A stretch of DNA of 64,000 nt, from the NCBI GenBank assembly GCA_963751455.1, contig CAVVUN010000015.1:1504001-1568000 (forward strand), written 5' to 3'. The stretch comes from Nitrospirota bacterium. Its GTDB lineage: Bacteria; Nitrospirota; UBA9217. Position 1 is the first letter of the stretch. The number at the start of each line of letters is the position of its first letter. A program made the translations under genes and the position numbers. The notes beneath the pieces were generated by a model that ran no database searches, had not been told where the DNA came from, and saw nothing but the letters and a program-made list of their open reading frames with translations. This document shows positions 44,188-53,661 of the stretch, piece by piece.

Positions 44188-45540
44188 ATGAAAAAGAACC
44201 AATCGCGGCTTTGGGCAATTATGGCATCTTTCGCACTACTCGTAGTTATGTCCTGCAGCAGCAGCGGAGACGGCGGCGGCAGCCAGCAGATAACGGAAAA
44301 AGAGGCAGTCGGAACCTTGGACGAGACCTTCGGAAATCACGGGTTTGTGGTTACCGATATCGCCAATGTCGAAATCAAGGGCATGGTCATTCAGGCGGAT
44401 GGCAAGACTGTGGTCGTAGGCAGAACCAATTCGACTTCAACGAATTATGCTTTCATCGCTGTTCGTTACGACACAAACGGTAATCTCGATACCACGTTCG
44501 GTTCATCATTGAGCGGAATTGCCACAGCGTCCAGCGGAACGAGGTACCACTACGCCAAGGCGGCAGCTATACAGTCGGACGGCAAAATTCTGGTCGCCGG
44601 GTACTCGAGTGCCGGGTATTCTAATGATGCCAATGATTTCACCGTTGCGCGATTCAATACAAACGGGACGCTCGATACATCATTCGGACCTAATAACGAA
44701 GGCATAATAACAACACCTACAAGCACACTTGCCGATTATGCCTATGCAATAGCCGTTCAGCCGGACGGGAAAATCGTCGTCGGGGGTTTTTGCGACACGA
44801 ATGCCACGATGTCTTCGAATTACGATTACGTTCTTGTCCGGTATAACAGCAACGGCACCCTGGATAGTACATTCGGCCCAAACCACGATGGCATCGTCGT
44901 CACTTCGAATGGCAGCAATTACGAATACGGATATGCTCTTGCGATACAGCCGGACGGAAAAATCCTGCTGGCCGGAAGCGAAGTGCTTCGTTACAATTCC
45001 GACGGCACCCTGGACACGAATACCGACGCGGACCCCTCCACATGGTTCGGGTCCTTGAAAGGCGGAATCGCTGACCCCAGTCTGGGGGGAAATGCGAATG
45101 CTATTGCGGTCCAGAACGACGGAAAGATCGTGCTCGCGAGCTCGGCATATGTGGGCACGAACAATTACGATATTGTTGTTGCGCGCCTCAATACGGATGG
45201 CACAATGGATACGTCCTTCGGGACCGGCTACGGCCAGGTTAAAACAGCGGTATCTTCTTCTTACGACTACGCCACCGACATAGTAATTCAATCGAATGGA
45301 AGGATAGTGGTAGGAGGGTATTCAATAATAGCCACGGCCCTTAACGGAGATTACGGCGTTCTTCTCCGGTACAATGACGACGGCACCCTCGATACTTCGT
45401 TCAACGACGATGGGTTAATGCTTGTCGGCGGCACAGCGTGGAACGAGCATATGTTCGGCGTTGGAATCCAGCAGGACGGAAAGATTGTGCTGGCAGGCGA
45501 ACGGGATGGGGATGCAGTTTTTGTAGCGAGAATTGAATAA
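44188..45540 (+). CDS. Delta-60 repeat beta-propeller lipoprotein
   Basis: Repeated QxDGKIvv...RYNxDGTLDTxF; lipobox VMSC. Confidence 0.88.
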   Translation: MKKNQSRLWAIMASFALLVVMSCSSSGDGGGSQQITEKEAVGTLDETFGNHGFVVTDIANVEIKGMVIQADGKTVVVGRTNSTSTNYAFIAVRYDTNGNLDTTFGSSLSGIATASSGTRYHYAKAAAIQSDGKILVAGYSSAGYSNDANDFTVARFNTNGTLDTSFGPNNEGIITTPTSTLADYAYAIAVQPDGKIVVGGFCDTNATMSSNYDYVLVRYNSNGTLDSTFGPNHDGIVVTSNGSNYEYGYALAIQPDGKILLAGSEVLRYNSDGTLDTNTDADPSTWFGSLKGGIADPSLGGNANAIAVQNDGKIVLASSAYVGTNNYDIVVARLNTDGTMDTSFGTGYGQVKTAVSSSYDYATDIVIQSNGRIVVGGYSIIATALNGDYGVLLRYNDDGTLDTSFNDDGLMLVGGTAWNEHMFGVGIQQDGKIVLAGERDGDAVFVARIE

Positions 45541-45584
45541 ACATTCTTTCGACAAAATCATTATTCCGGGTCATGGTCATATTT

Positions 45585-45716
45585 GATGCATTCGTAAGAA
45601 GTCAGAAAACACCCAATTTCGTCATACCGGCGAACGCCGGTATCAGTCTTTTCAATAAGTTCGATAACCACTGGACCCCGGTTTTCACCGGGGAGACGAC
45701 TTTTTACGAGATCATC
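45585..45716. mobile_element. MITE with 19-bp imperfect TIRs enclosing a REP-like palindrome
   Basis: gatgcattcgtaagaagtc and gactttttacgagatcatc ends; flanking direct repeat ATATTT; inner ataccggcgaacgccggtat hairpin. Confidence 0.75.
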
Positions 45717-45751
45717 ATATTTGACATAACGCAAAACGTCAAGGGAGGATT

Positions 45752-46724
45752 ATGAGAAAGATCAGCCTGGAGATTGTTATTTCACTATCGTTTATTGCAG
45801 CCATGTTGCTTTCAGCCTGCGGTGGAAGCGGAGGCAGCGGTGGCGGCGCAGCAGCCGTAACATGGAAATCAGTGGCAATAGGATCTTCCCATACCGCAGC
45901 GATTGACAGCAACGGCAACCTGTGGACATGGGGGCTCAATATATACGGCCAACTCGGCGACGGGACTAATAACCAGAATAACACGCCTGCCAAAGCAGGC
46001 TCTGCCGCCGATTGGAAGACAATTGCGGCGTCCGGCGATAATGTCGCGATAAAAACGGATGGTACCTTGTGGGCATAGGGAATACTCAGGACAAGACCAT
46101 GCCGGGACTGCTGCTGACTGGAAAAGCGGAGCAATCACTGACCAAAATTCGTTTGCAATAAAGACTGATGGCACCCTCTGGGCATGGGGGGATAATTATT
46201 ATTATCAGCTCGGCATCGGCGATGACTGGAACGACAAATGGTCGCCGACTCAGGTAGGGACGGACACCGATTGGAAGGCGGTGTCGGCACGCTACCGTCA
46301 CGTTCTTGCCATAAAGACGGACGGTACGCTTTATACCTGGGGGGACAATGAGTACGGCCAGCTCGGGAACGGGGACAGCGGCAAATATAAGCAAGTAAAG
46401 GCCCCTGCCCGAATCGGCACAGATAGTGACTGGGCATCCGTATACGCCGGAAGCTACCATTCGTTCGCGTTGAAGACTGATGACACACTCTGGGCGTGGG
46501 GGTTAAACGGGGGCACGCTCGGAGACGGAACCACCGATCTCAAAAGTACGCCGACGATGATCGGCGCGGATACCGACTGGGCGTTCATCGCCACTCAGCA
46601 TGATATTACGTTCGCAATAAAAAATGACGGTTCGCTCTGGGCATGGGGGGAGAACATGTGGGGCCAGATCGGCGACGGAACCACGGACGACAAACTGATG
46701 CCGACCAGAATATCTGTCGAGTAA
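45752..46724 (+). pseudogene. RCC1-repeat lipoprotein, disrupted
   Basis: [12 protein letters not shown] repeats; TAG at 46076-46078 in a conserved Trp position, followed by a deletion/frameshift. Confidence 0.8.
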
Positions 46725-47131
46725 TTGTGATCCCATGAGGATCAAGGTTCGCAACAGGGGCTGTCTCTGCGCGGGCAATCACGTGCTGCGCCTGAGACGC
46801 CCCTGAAACTTCCTTAAGGGCACTGTCAATTTGAACGGTTTCTGTTTTTTAATTCTAGTTTTAGTTAATATCGAATCAACTTTCACTTCAGTTATCGTAA
46901 TTATCACCCGCGGTTTCATTTCGTTTCAGAGGCAAACCATCTTTAATCCCTGATAATGCCCCCGGGACAATGACTTCATCTTCTCCTTCGGCTCGAGGTT
47001 CCATATCCCCGTTGAGCCCACTCGCACCATCCAGGGAACTACGGTTTCTTCGGGTTTTCACTCGGTTAAATTCCCAACCAAAGAACGGTTATTTTACCGG
47101 TAAGTCATGGGCTGCGAGCTCAATAGTTTTT

Positions 47132-47177
47132 CAATCGCTTGATTTATCATGAAGTTTGGATTGGCATAGCGGTTGCA
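47132..47177 (+). promoter_or_regulatory. Sigma54 promoter with upstream IHF site
   Basis: TGGCATagcggTTGCA (47162-47177) fits the -24/-12 consensus; AATCAAgcgaTTG on the minus strand (47132-47144). Confidence 0.7.
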
Positions 47178-47301
47178 AATATTTGCAAATAACGGCGATC
47201 CGGGGAAGCGGATAAATGACAAGGAACGTGGAGAGGTGATCTTAAAGTATATGCGGGAAGGGGTTAAATTGTTCTGATAGCCAAATCAGGAGGAAGAACC
47301 C

Positions 47302-47562
47302 ATGGTGAGCAAAATTGGATTGAGGCGTCCTTGCAGCAGAGCTTCTCAGAGGTTTGACCTGCCGAGTATTCCCATACGGCTGCCTCGTCTGTGGATGATC
47401 CTGCTGGTCCTTGCCGTCCCTTTTATTGGTATATGCGCTATTTTTTTTGAAACATTAGAAAGATCGGGAACAGCCGGAGCCATTATAGCGGACACGCTGA
47501 TGCCCGCAACATTCATCGGTTATATGGTGTTACTCTACCGGTTAAAACAGCATAGAATATAA
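47302..47562 (+). CDS. Small two-TM hypothetical protein
   Basis: RBS aggagg; two hydrophobic segments; lies downstream of the sigma54 promoter. Confidence 0.55.
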   Translation: MVSKIGLRRPCSRASQRFDLPSIPIRLPRLWMILLVLAVPFIGICAIFFETLERSGTAGAIIADTLMPATFIGYMVLLYRLKQHRI

Positions 47563-47685
47563 TGTTATTTTTTGTGCATGATTCAACTAGACATTCGTGA
47601 ATAAATGAGAGCTGAAAACGGGCTTGCATGTTCTTACAAAAAACAGTAATATCTATTCCGTCATATTTACACACTAAGGAGATTG

Positions 47686-48042
47686 ATGATGAAACGGTCT
47701 AAATTGGTTTTTGCAGTATGTGTTGTGGTTTTAGTCAGCGCCAGTGGCTGTAAGAAAGAAGCCCCCGCACCTGCGTCTCAGGCACAGCCCGCAGCTGCAA
47801 ACATGGCAGCACAGCCTGGAATCGCTCTTTCCGGTAAAGTAGCGGAAACAATGAATGCCGGCGGCTATACCTATATTTCCCTTGAGTATAGCGGGAAGAA
47901 GACCTGGGTCGCCATACCCGCTACGAAGGTGAAGGTGGGACAGCAGGTGACCTGTCAGCCCGGCTCGGAGATGGTAAATTTCACAAGCAAGACTTTGAAT
48001 CGTACGTTCGAAAGCATCATCTTCTCCGCTGGTATCCGCTGA
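47686..48042 (+). CDS. NrfJ-related OB-fold lipoprotein
   Basis: Lipobox ASGC; GKVAETMNAGGYTY...TWVA...NFTSKTLNRTFESIIFS. Confidence 0.75.
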   Translation: MMKRSKLVFAVCVVVLVSASGCKKEAPAPASQAQPAAANMAAQPGIALSGKVAETMNAGGYTYISLEYSGKKTWVAIPATKVKVGQQVTCQPGSEMVNFTSKTLNRTFESIIFSAGIR

Positions 48043-48069
48043 TACCGGGCACCCGGGACATTACAAGCC

Positions 48070-48099
48070 AAGGCCGCTGAGTTGATCAGCGGCCTTTTT
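48070..48099 (+). terminator. Intrinsic terminator
   Basis: aaggccgctga...tcagcggcc stem plus T run. Confidence 0.8.
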
Positions 48100-48436
48100 A
48101 TTTAAAAACCTGACTTTTTTCTTTTCTATCCGATATTCTTACTGATGAAAAGAAAGTTGCGGCGGTTTTATTCACGAACGAACATCCTTTTCGGTAGCTT
48201 CAGCATGGTGGTGTGAGCGAACCCGTGCCTTGAACGTTATAAAGCACCCCGAATAGACAAATTGAGATTCATTAAACAAGCCAGCTTCAAAAGCCGCCAT
48301 TTTTTTCGGCTTTAAAAGCAAAGGTTCCTGCGTCCGGCAAGCCAGCGTTTTATCGCGATAAAATCCCTTGACAGGATTCCCGGAAAAAAGCAAAAATAGG
48401 CTAAGAGTATCGGCAATACCTTGCCTACAAGGGCGC

Positions 48437-49729
48437 ATGACGAACGGCAATCAATTACCGAAGAATACAATATCATCAGGTGTCGAAAGTCTGGACACCC
48501 TTATCGACGGTTTTTCCATTGGGGACAATGTAGTCTGGGAAGTCGAATCCGGAACCGCCTACAGCACGTTCACCAGGAACTTCATTTCCCGGTCTTTCCA
48601 GGACGATCAAAAGGTCATTTACGTGAGTTTCAACCGGTCGCCGCAGACCGTGTTGAACGATCTGAACGCGATCATATCCCCCGATCACTTCACGCTGATT
48701 GATTGTTTCACTTCCGGGAAGGGGAAAAACGACAACACCTTTCTGAAATTTTACGAAAAAGCGGACGCGGGCGTCGTCAGGATAGAGGCTCCGCGCGACA
48801 TAGAACGGTTTACCTCGACCTTGAACGCAATCGAGGACCGGCTGCCGCCGGGCGCGCGCTACGTGTTTGACAGCCTTACCGGTATGCAGGACCTCTGGGG
48901 CGACGAAAACGATACACACCGGTTCTTTACCTATATGTGCCCGCGTCTCTACGATCTCGGCACCGTGGCCTACTGGATCCTCGAGAAAGAGGCGCACAGT
49001 CCGCGGTTCAAGGCGAACCTGCGGCACATTACGCAGGTCGTGTTCGATCTCGCAAAGCGCAAGAACAGCCTGTTCCTGAAGGCCCTGAAGCTGGAAGGAA
49101 GACAGGACCGGGAACTGTTCAAACCGCATCAATTCCACATCCGCGGCGACACTGTGGCGATTACTTCGCTCAAGCGCGAGCCGGCAACGGACATCGGCGA
49201 AAAACTGCGGGAGGAGCGGATCAGGGTCGGCATGAGCCAGAAAGAGCTTGCGGATAAGGTAGGTTTGACCGCAAGCTTTCTGTCGCAACTCGAAAACAAC
49301 CAGGTCAGTCCTTCCCTGAATACGTATATGCAGCTCTGCAGGGCGCTTGGCATCAACCCCGGGCACTTTCTCGGACCGATTGAGAAAAAGAACGAAACCA
49401 CGTGGCTGGTGCGAAGGGATGCCATATTTTCGAGAGTTCCGATCAAGGAGGACTACGCAAGGGTCTATGAAGCCGCATCCGGCAGAAAACTTGCGGCAAG
49501 GCTCGTTGTTCTGCCCGTAGGCGCTGCCATGAACCGGCACTTTTTTTATCATAAGGACGAAGAGTTTGTTTGCGTGCTTAACGGCACAGTATCAGTCACG
49601 GTCGAGGGCAGGGAAGAGATGGTCAAGGCAGGAGACATGCTCCATTTGCGCGATTCTTTTCCATCGCATTGGAAGAATGAAGGAGATAGGGAGGCTGAAT
49701 TACTTGTGCTATGGTCTGAAACTCTCTAA
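48437..49729 (+). CDS. Transcriptional regulator: KaiC/RecA-like domain, XRE HTH and cupin
   Basis: SSGVESLDTLIDG and YVFDSL; GMSQKELADKVGLTASFLSQLENN; HKDEEFVCVLNG. Confidence 0.85.
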   Translation: MTNGNQLPKNTISSGVESLDTLIDGFSIGDNVVWEVESGTAYSTFTRNFISRSFQDDQKVIYVSFNRSPQTVLNDLNAIISPDHFTLIDCFTSGKGKNDNTFLKFYEKADAGVVRIEAPRDIERFTSTLNAIEDRLPPGARYVFDSLTGMQDLWGDENDTHRFFTYMCPRLYDLGTVAYWILEKEAHSPRFKANLRHITQVVFDLAKRKNSLFLKALKLEGRQDRELFKPHQFHIRGDTVAITSLKREPATDIGEKLREERIRVGMSQKELADKVGLTASFLSQLENNQVSPSLNTYMQLCRALGINPGHFLGPIEKKNETTWLVRRDAIFSRVPIKEDYARVYEAASGRKLAARLVVLPVGAAMNRHFFYHKDEEFVCVLNGTVSVTVEGREEMVKAGDMLHLRDSFPSHWKNEGDREAELLVLWSETL

Positions 49730-49768
49730 TTAGTAAATTTTACAGGCGAAAATTTTTTATGTTCTTTA

Positions 49769-49787
49769 TCAAGTATTGCTTAATTTA
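49769..49787. promoter_or_regulatory. Operator-like site 1 (TCAAGTATTGCTTAATTTA)
   Basis: 17/19 identical to 49972-49990; dyad symmetry. Confidence 0.6.
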
Positions 49788-49971
49788 ATTATTAAAAATT
49801 AATAAATACTAAGTCTTTATTTGGATCGAAGGGAATGTGGGCCTTCATCATCAGGACGCAGTTTTTAGAATTCCTTTCTATGACAAGAAGAAGGAGGTGG
49901 TTAAAGCTAGCTGCTTGTTCACTGGAAGGTTTTATTAATGTGGATTGCCTGGCTTTTTTTTGCCTTCCCTG

Positions 49972-49990
49972 TCAAGTAACGCTTAATTTA
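49972..49990. promoter_or_regulatory. Operator-like site 2 (TCAAGTAACGCTTAATTTA)
   Basis: 17/19 identical to 49769-49787. Confidence 0.6.
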
Positions 49991-50076
49991 TCTCAAAAAA
50001 CTTAATAGTAGCTAATGTATTTTAGTAATGATATTGACCCATCGCCAGGCAAAAACTAATTTAAAAGGAGAGAACC

Positions 50077-51669
50077 ATGAATCTGTCACAACCAAATGCC
50101 AATGAAGCGACCAGAACAGTCAATCGATCCAGAAGTGTTTCGCCCATGAGCGGGCTATGCACCCGCTGCGTGGACGGATGCAAGGGCAGCTGCGAGGTTT
50201 TTAAAGCGACGTACCGGGGACGGGAGTTGCTTTATCCGGGGCCTTTCGGAAGCATCACTGCCGGCGGCGACAAGAACTACCCGGTCGATTATTCTCACCT
50301 CAACATTCACGGATACGCGCTCGGCGCAAAGGGACTTCCTTCCGGTCAGAAAGGGGACCCCGACACTGCCCGCTTCCCGAATGTCAACACCGAGACAAGC
50401 TACGGCTGGGATAAAAAAGTGAAGATGAGGGTTCCGATCTTCACCGGGGCGCTCGGATCCACGGAGATCGCCCGCAAGAACTGGGAACACTTTGCCGTGG
50501 GCGCGGCGATATCAGGCGTCACGATCGTATGCGGTGAAAACGTGTGCGGCATCGATCCGGGACTCGAATTGAACAGCAGCAAAAAAGTGAAGAAGTCGCC
50601 CGACATGGACCGCAGGATCGAGACCTATAAAAAGTACCATCAGGGTTTCGGCGAACTCCTGGTGCAGATGAATGTCGAGGACACCCGGCTGGGCGTCGCG
50701 GAATATATCATTGAAAAGCACAAGCTCGAAACCATAGAGCTGAAGTGGGGCCAGGGCGCCAAGTGCATCGGCGGAGAGATCAAGGTGGACAGTCTGGAGC
50801 GCGCTCTTGAACTGCAGAAACGGGGCTATATCGTTACGCCCGACCCCTCTGATCCCGTGGTGCAGGCTGCTTTTAAAGAGACGGCGATCAAGGAATTTGA
50901 ACGTCACAGCCGCCTCGGGTTCATCGGCGAGCAGGAGTTTTACGCCGAGGTTAACCGGCTGCGGGGCCTGGGCTTCAAGCGTGTCACGCTAAAAACCGGC
51001 GCATACGGCCTGCGCGAGCTCGCCATGGCTATCAAGTGGTGCTCGAAGGCCAAGATCGACCTGTTGACCATCGACGGCGCACCGGGAGGCACAGGCATGA
51101 GCCCCTGGCGCATGATGGAAGAATGGGGCATGCCCTCCCTGTATCTCCATGCCGCAGCGGCTGAGTTCGCAAAGAAGCTGACAGATAAGGGAGAACGTGT
51201 TCCGGACATCGCTTTTGCCGGCGGCTTCAGCAGCGAGGACGGCATATTCAAGGCCCTGTCGCTTGGAGCGCCGTTCGTGAAGGCCATTTGCATGGGCCGC
51301 GCACTGATGATCCCGGGCATGGTCGGCAAGAACATCGCCCAGTGGATAAAGGAGAAGGACATTCCGAAGTCGGTAAGCGAGTATGGTTCCACGGTGGAAG
51401 AGATATTCGTAAACTACGAGGACGTGAAAAAGCTGGTCGGGAGCAAGGAGATCGCCAACATTCCGCTCGGCGCAATCGGCATTTACAGCTACTCAAACAA
51501 GATCAAAGTGGGACTGCAGCAGTTCATGGCGGGCGCCCGTTGCTTCAATCTCGATTCTATTACGAGGAACGAGCTGATGTCCCTCACCGAGGAATGCGCG
51601 AAGGTCACCGGCATACCGTACATCATGAATTCCTATCGCGATGAGGCGATGAAGATAATAAATTCCTGA
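50077..51669 (+). CDS. FMN-binding glutamate synthase family protein
   Basis: IELKWGQGAKCIGGE, TIDGAPGGTG and AFAGGF motifs; N-terminal CTRCVDGCKGSC. Confidence 0.85.
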   Translation: MNLSQPNANEATRTVNRSRSVSPMSGLCTRCVDGCKGSCEVFKATYRGRELLYPGPFGSITAGGDKNYPVDYSHLNIHGYALGAKGLPSGQKGDPDTARFPNVNTETSYGWDKKVKMRVPIFTGALGSTEIARKNWEHFAVGAAISGVTIVCGENVCGIDPGLELNSSKKVKKSPDMDRRIETYKKYHQGFGELLVQMNVEDTRLGVAEYIIEKHKLETIELKWGQGAKCIGGEIKVDSLERALELQKRGYIVTPDPSDPVVQAAFKETAIKEFERHSRLGFIGEQEFYAEVNRLRGLGFKRVTLKTGAYGLRELAMAIKWCSKAKIDLLTIDGAPGGTGMSPWRMMEEWGMPSLYLHAAAAEFAKKLTDKGERVPDIAFAGGFSSEDGIFKALSLGAPFVKAICMGRALMIPGMVGKNIAQWIKEKDIPKSVSEYGSTVEEIFVNYEDVKKLVGSKEIANIPLGAIGIYSYSNKIKVGLQQFMAGARCFNLDSITRNELMSLTEECAKVTGIPYIMNSYRDEAMKIINS

Positions 51670-51824
51670 TCAGAGCGAAGCAATCTCGAAGTTCCAAACT
51701 TGCAGAAAAAGGGAATTGAGCTTCGCGCAATGATGGCAGCGGAGACTTTTGCGAGAACTTCAAAATTGGCATGCACCCGTTCCGTCGGTTCAGCGGCGGA
51801 ACGGGTCATTTCCCGGGAGAGAAA

Positions 51825-52823
51825 ATGATAAATAAAACCCTTCACTCGATTCTTTCCGTACTTGACAAATATCCGATCATTGTCGGATCTCGCGAACTCT
51901 CAAAACAGCTAAAGCAGCACGGCGTGGAGCTGACCGAACGAACCGTGCGGTACTATCTGAAGAGGCTCGATGCGCGGGGCTATACCGAGGTGTTCGGCAA
52001 GGAAGGCAGGAAGATAACTCCGAGAGGAAGAGAGGAACTGAGCAATTCACTCGTTTCGGATAAGGTGGGATTTGTTATCAGCCGGATAGAAACGCTCTCC
52101 TACCTGACTTCGCTTGATATGGCGACGATGGAAGGGGATATTATCCTGAATATATCGTATTTTCCCAAGAATAAATTTAGTAAGGCAATGGATCTGCTGA
52201 AACCTGTCTTTGCTTCTCCGTATGTAATGAGCGATCGTGTTATGGTGGCTTCCAACGGAGATACCATCAACGATATCCCGGTCCCGAGGGGGATGGCTGC
52301 GCTCGGCACTGTCTGCAGCGTCACGATCAACGGCATATTTCTCAAAGCAGGAATCCCGGTAACGTCCCGGTTCGGCGGAGTCGTTGAGACTGCTGATGGG
52401 GCGCCAAAGCGGTTCGTGTCCGTCATCAGTTACGATGGATCGTCGCTGGATCCGCTTGAAATGTTCATTAAGAGTAAAATGACAGCGGTATCAAAAGCGG
52501 TTAATGGACGGTCCGGAAGAATTCTGGCCAGTTTCAGAGAAATTCCGGTTGTCTGCCTGGAAAAGGCAAAAAAACTCGCGAAGAGTATGACGGAAAGGGG
52601 AATCCGGGGCATTCTGATGATCGGAAGTCCGAACAAGCCTCTGCTCGAGATTCCTGTAGGAATTGACAAAGTGGGGGTTGTGATCGTTGGCGGCCTTAAT
52701 CCAATTGCTGTTCTGGAGGAGAACGGTATTGTCACCGACAGTAAAGCCATGTCCACGCTCTACGATTATACACGGCTCGTCTCATTCAGAAATGTTGCCA
52801 GGAACGGCCTTTCCCCAGCTTAA
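51825..52823 (+). CDS. nrpR: NrpR-type nitrogen repressor (winged HTH plus DUF128/NRD domain)
   Basis: LTERTVRYYL...GRKITPRGREEL; TVCSVTINGI, YDGSSLDPLE and GGLNPIA motifs. Confidence 0.85.
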   Translation: MINKTLHSILSVLDKYPIIVGSRELSKQLKQHGVELTERTVRYYLKRLDARGYTEVFGKEGRKITPRGREELSNSLVSDKVGFVISRIETLSYLTSLDMATMEGDIILNISYFPKNKFSKAMDLLKPVFASPYVMSDRVMVASNGDTINDIPVPRGMAALGTVCSVTINGIFLKAGIPVTSRFGGVVETADGAPKRFVSVISYDGSSLDPLEMFIKSKMTAVSKAVNGRSGRILASFREIPVVCLEKAKKLAKSMTERGIRGILMIGSPNKPLLEIPVGIDKVGVVIVGGLNPIAVLEENGIVTDSKAMSTLYDYTRLVSFRNVARNGLSPA

Positions 52824-53022
52824 TATCCTGATCCCGACAACTATTTAGGCTGTGTGGATCTATTCCCTTTTTTGATGGCATTATATTGCCGTGCAAACAC
52901 CGTGGGAGTCAGTCCTGCTGTCCGAACGCCCGCTGCGTCGGGATGGGCTTTTCTGATGTCCCAATAGGTCGAAATTGCGCCCGCGCTAAAAATTTCTTCT
53001 TTCTTCTCCCTGTAATTTTTTC

Positions 53023-53077
53023 TTGACACTCGAGCAGAAACCGGTGTATTGTACTTTTCGACGGCAACGTTTTGCCG
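53023..53077 (+). promoter_or_regulatory. Sigma70 promoter followed by a candidate NrpR operator
   Basis: TTGACA (53023)-18 nt-TATTGT (53047); cGGCAacgtttTGCCg at 53062-53077. Confidence 0.6.
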
Positions 53078-53080
53078 ACG

Positions 53081-53110
53081 AAAAAGCCCCTCAGGGAGGG
53101 GCTTTTTTTT
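53081..53110 (+). terminator. Terminator-like hairpin upstream of mvhD
   Basis: aaaaagcccctc-agg-gaggggc followed by 8 T. Confidence 0.7.
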
Positions 53111-53150
53111 GCCGCATTTTTAGGCAATCGATAGCGAAGAAGAGGCGGGA

Positions 53151-53609
53151 ATGAAGAAAGCGAACGAGTCAGAATACGCGCCCCGAATCGTGGTGGCTTA
53201 TTGTCATAATACGGTATCGCCCACCGAGGAACTGCGTGAGGGACAATATTCGGGAAAAGGGTTCAGCGCTTTTTTTGCCGCGCTGCCCTGTTCGAGCAAA
53301 ATTGAACCCTCCTATCCGGTTAAAATTCTGGCCGACGGGGCGGACGGAGTGGTGATTGTGGCATGTCCGGAGAGCCGCTGCAGGTTTATGGTAGGCAGTG
53401 TTCGGGCAGAGAAAAGGGTCAACTATGTGCGGGCCCTTTTGGATCAAGCGAAAATCGGCGCCGAGCGCGTCACCTTGGAACGCGGTGAAAGCCTTTCGAC
53501 AAAAGATCTTCTGGAGATCGCGCAGCGTCGTGTAAAGCCGTTGAATTTATTGGGACCCAATCCCATGAAAACATCAAAAAGAACCACAGAGCCCATCGAG
53601 AAAAAATAA
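53151..53609 (+). CDS. mvhD: MvhD/FlpD-like [2Fe-2S] subunit
   Basis: YC, LPCSSKI, GADGV and CPESRCRF cysteine pattern; IGAERV. Confidence 0.85.
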   Translation: MKKANESEYAPRIVVAYCHNTVSPTEELREGQYSGKGFSAFFAALPCSSKIEPSYPVKILADGADGVVIVACPESRCRFMVGSVRAEKRVNYVRALLDQAKIGAERVTLERGESLSTKDLLEIAQRRVKPLNLLGPNPMKTSKRTTEPIEKK

Positions 53610-53661
53610 ATAATCAACATCTCTGTGTTATCGAGTAACATCCCATAAGGGGGAATGGAAA

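Noticed and set aside
46076-46078. TAG recoding in the RCC1 gene or genome-wide
   Set aside because: It is a simple TGG>TAG change followed by a frameshift, and TAG terminates normal genes (10952, 12593, 15715, 38340, 40388, 62488)
46930-46970. c-di-GMP-I riboswitch (ggcaaacc)
   Set aside because: The GNRA-capped stem and GACGCAAAG element are missing
48476-49552. Long antisense ORFs (also 58354-59265, 12060-12908, 41745-42476)
   Set aside because: They are shadows of well-supported genes on the opposite strand and have no recognisable motifs
49945-50052. 9-bp inverted repeat ttgcctggc/gccaggcaa as a riboswitch stem
   Set aside because: Too short and too far apart, with no aptamer features; it could be chance
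53151-53609. Selenocysteine in the MvhD-like protein
   Set aside because: All expected ligand positions are Cys codons and there is no in-frame TGA
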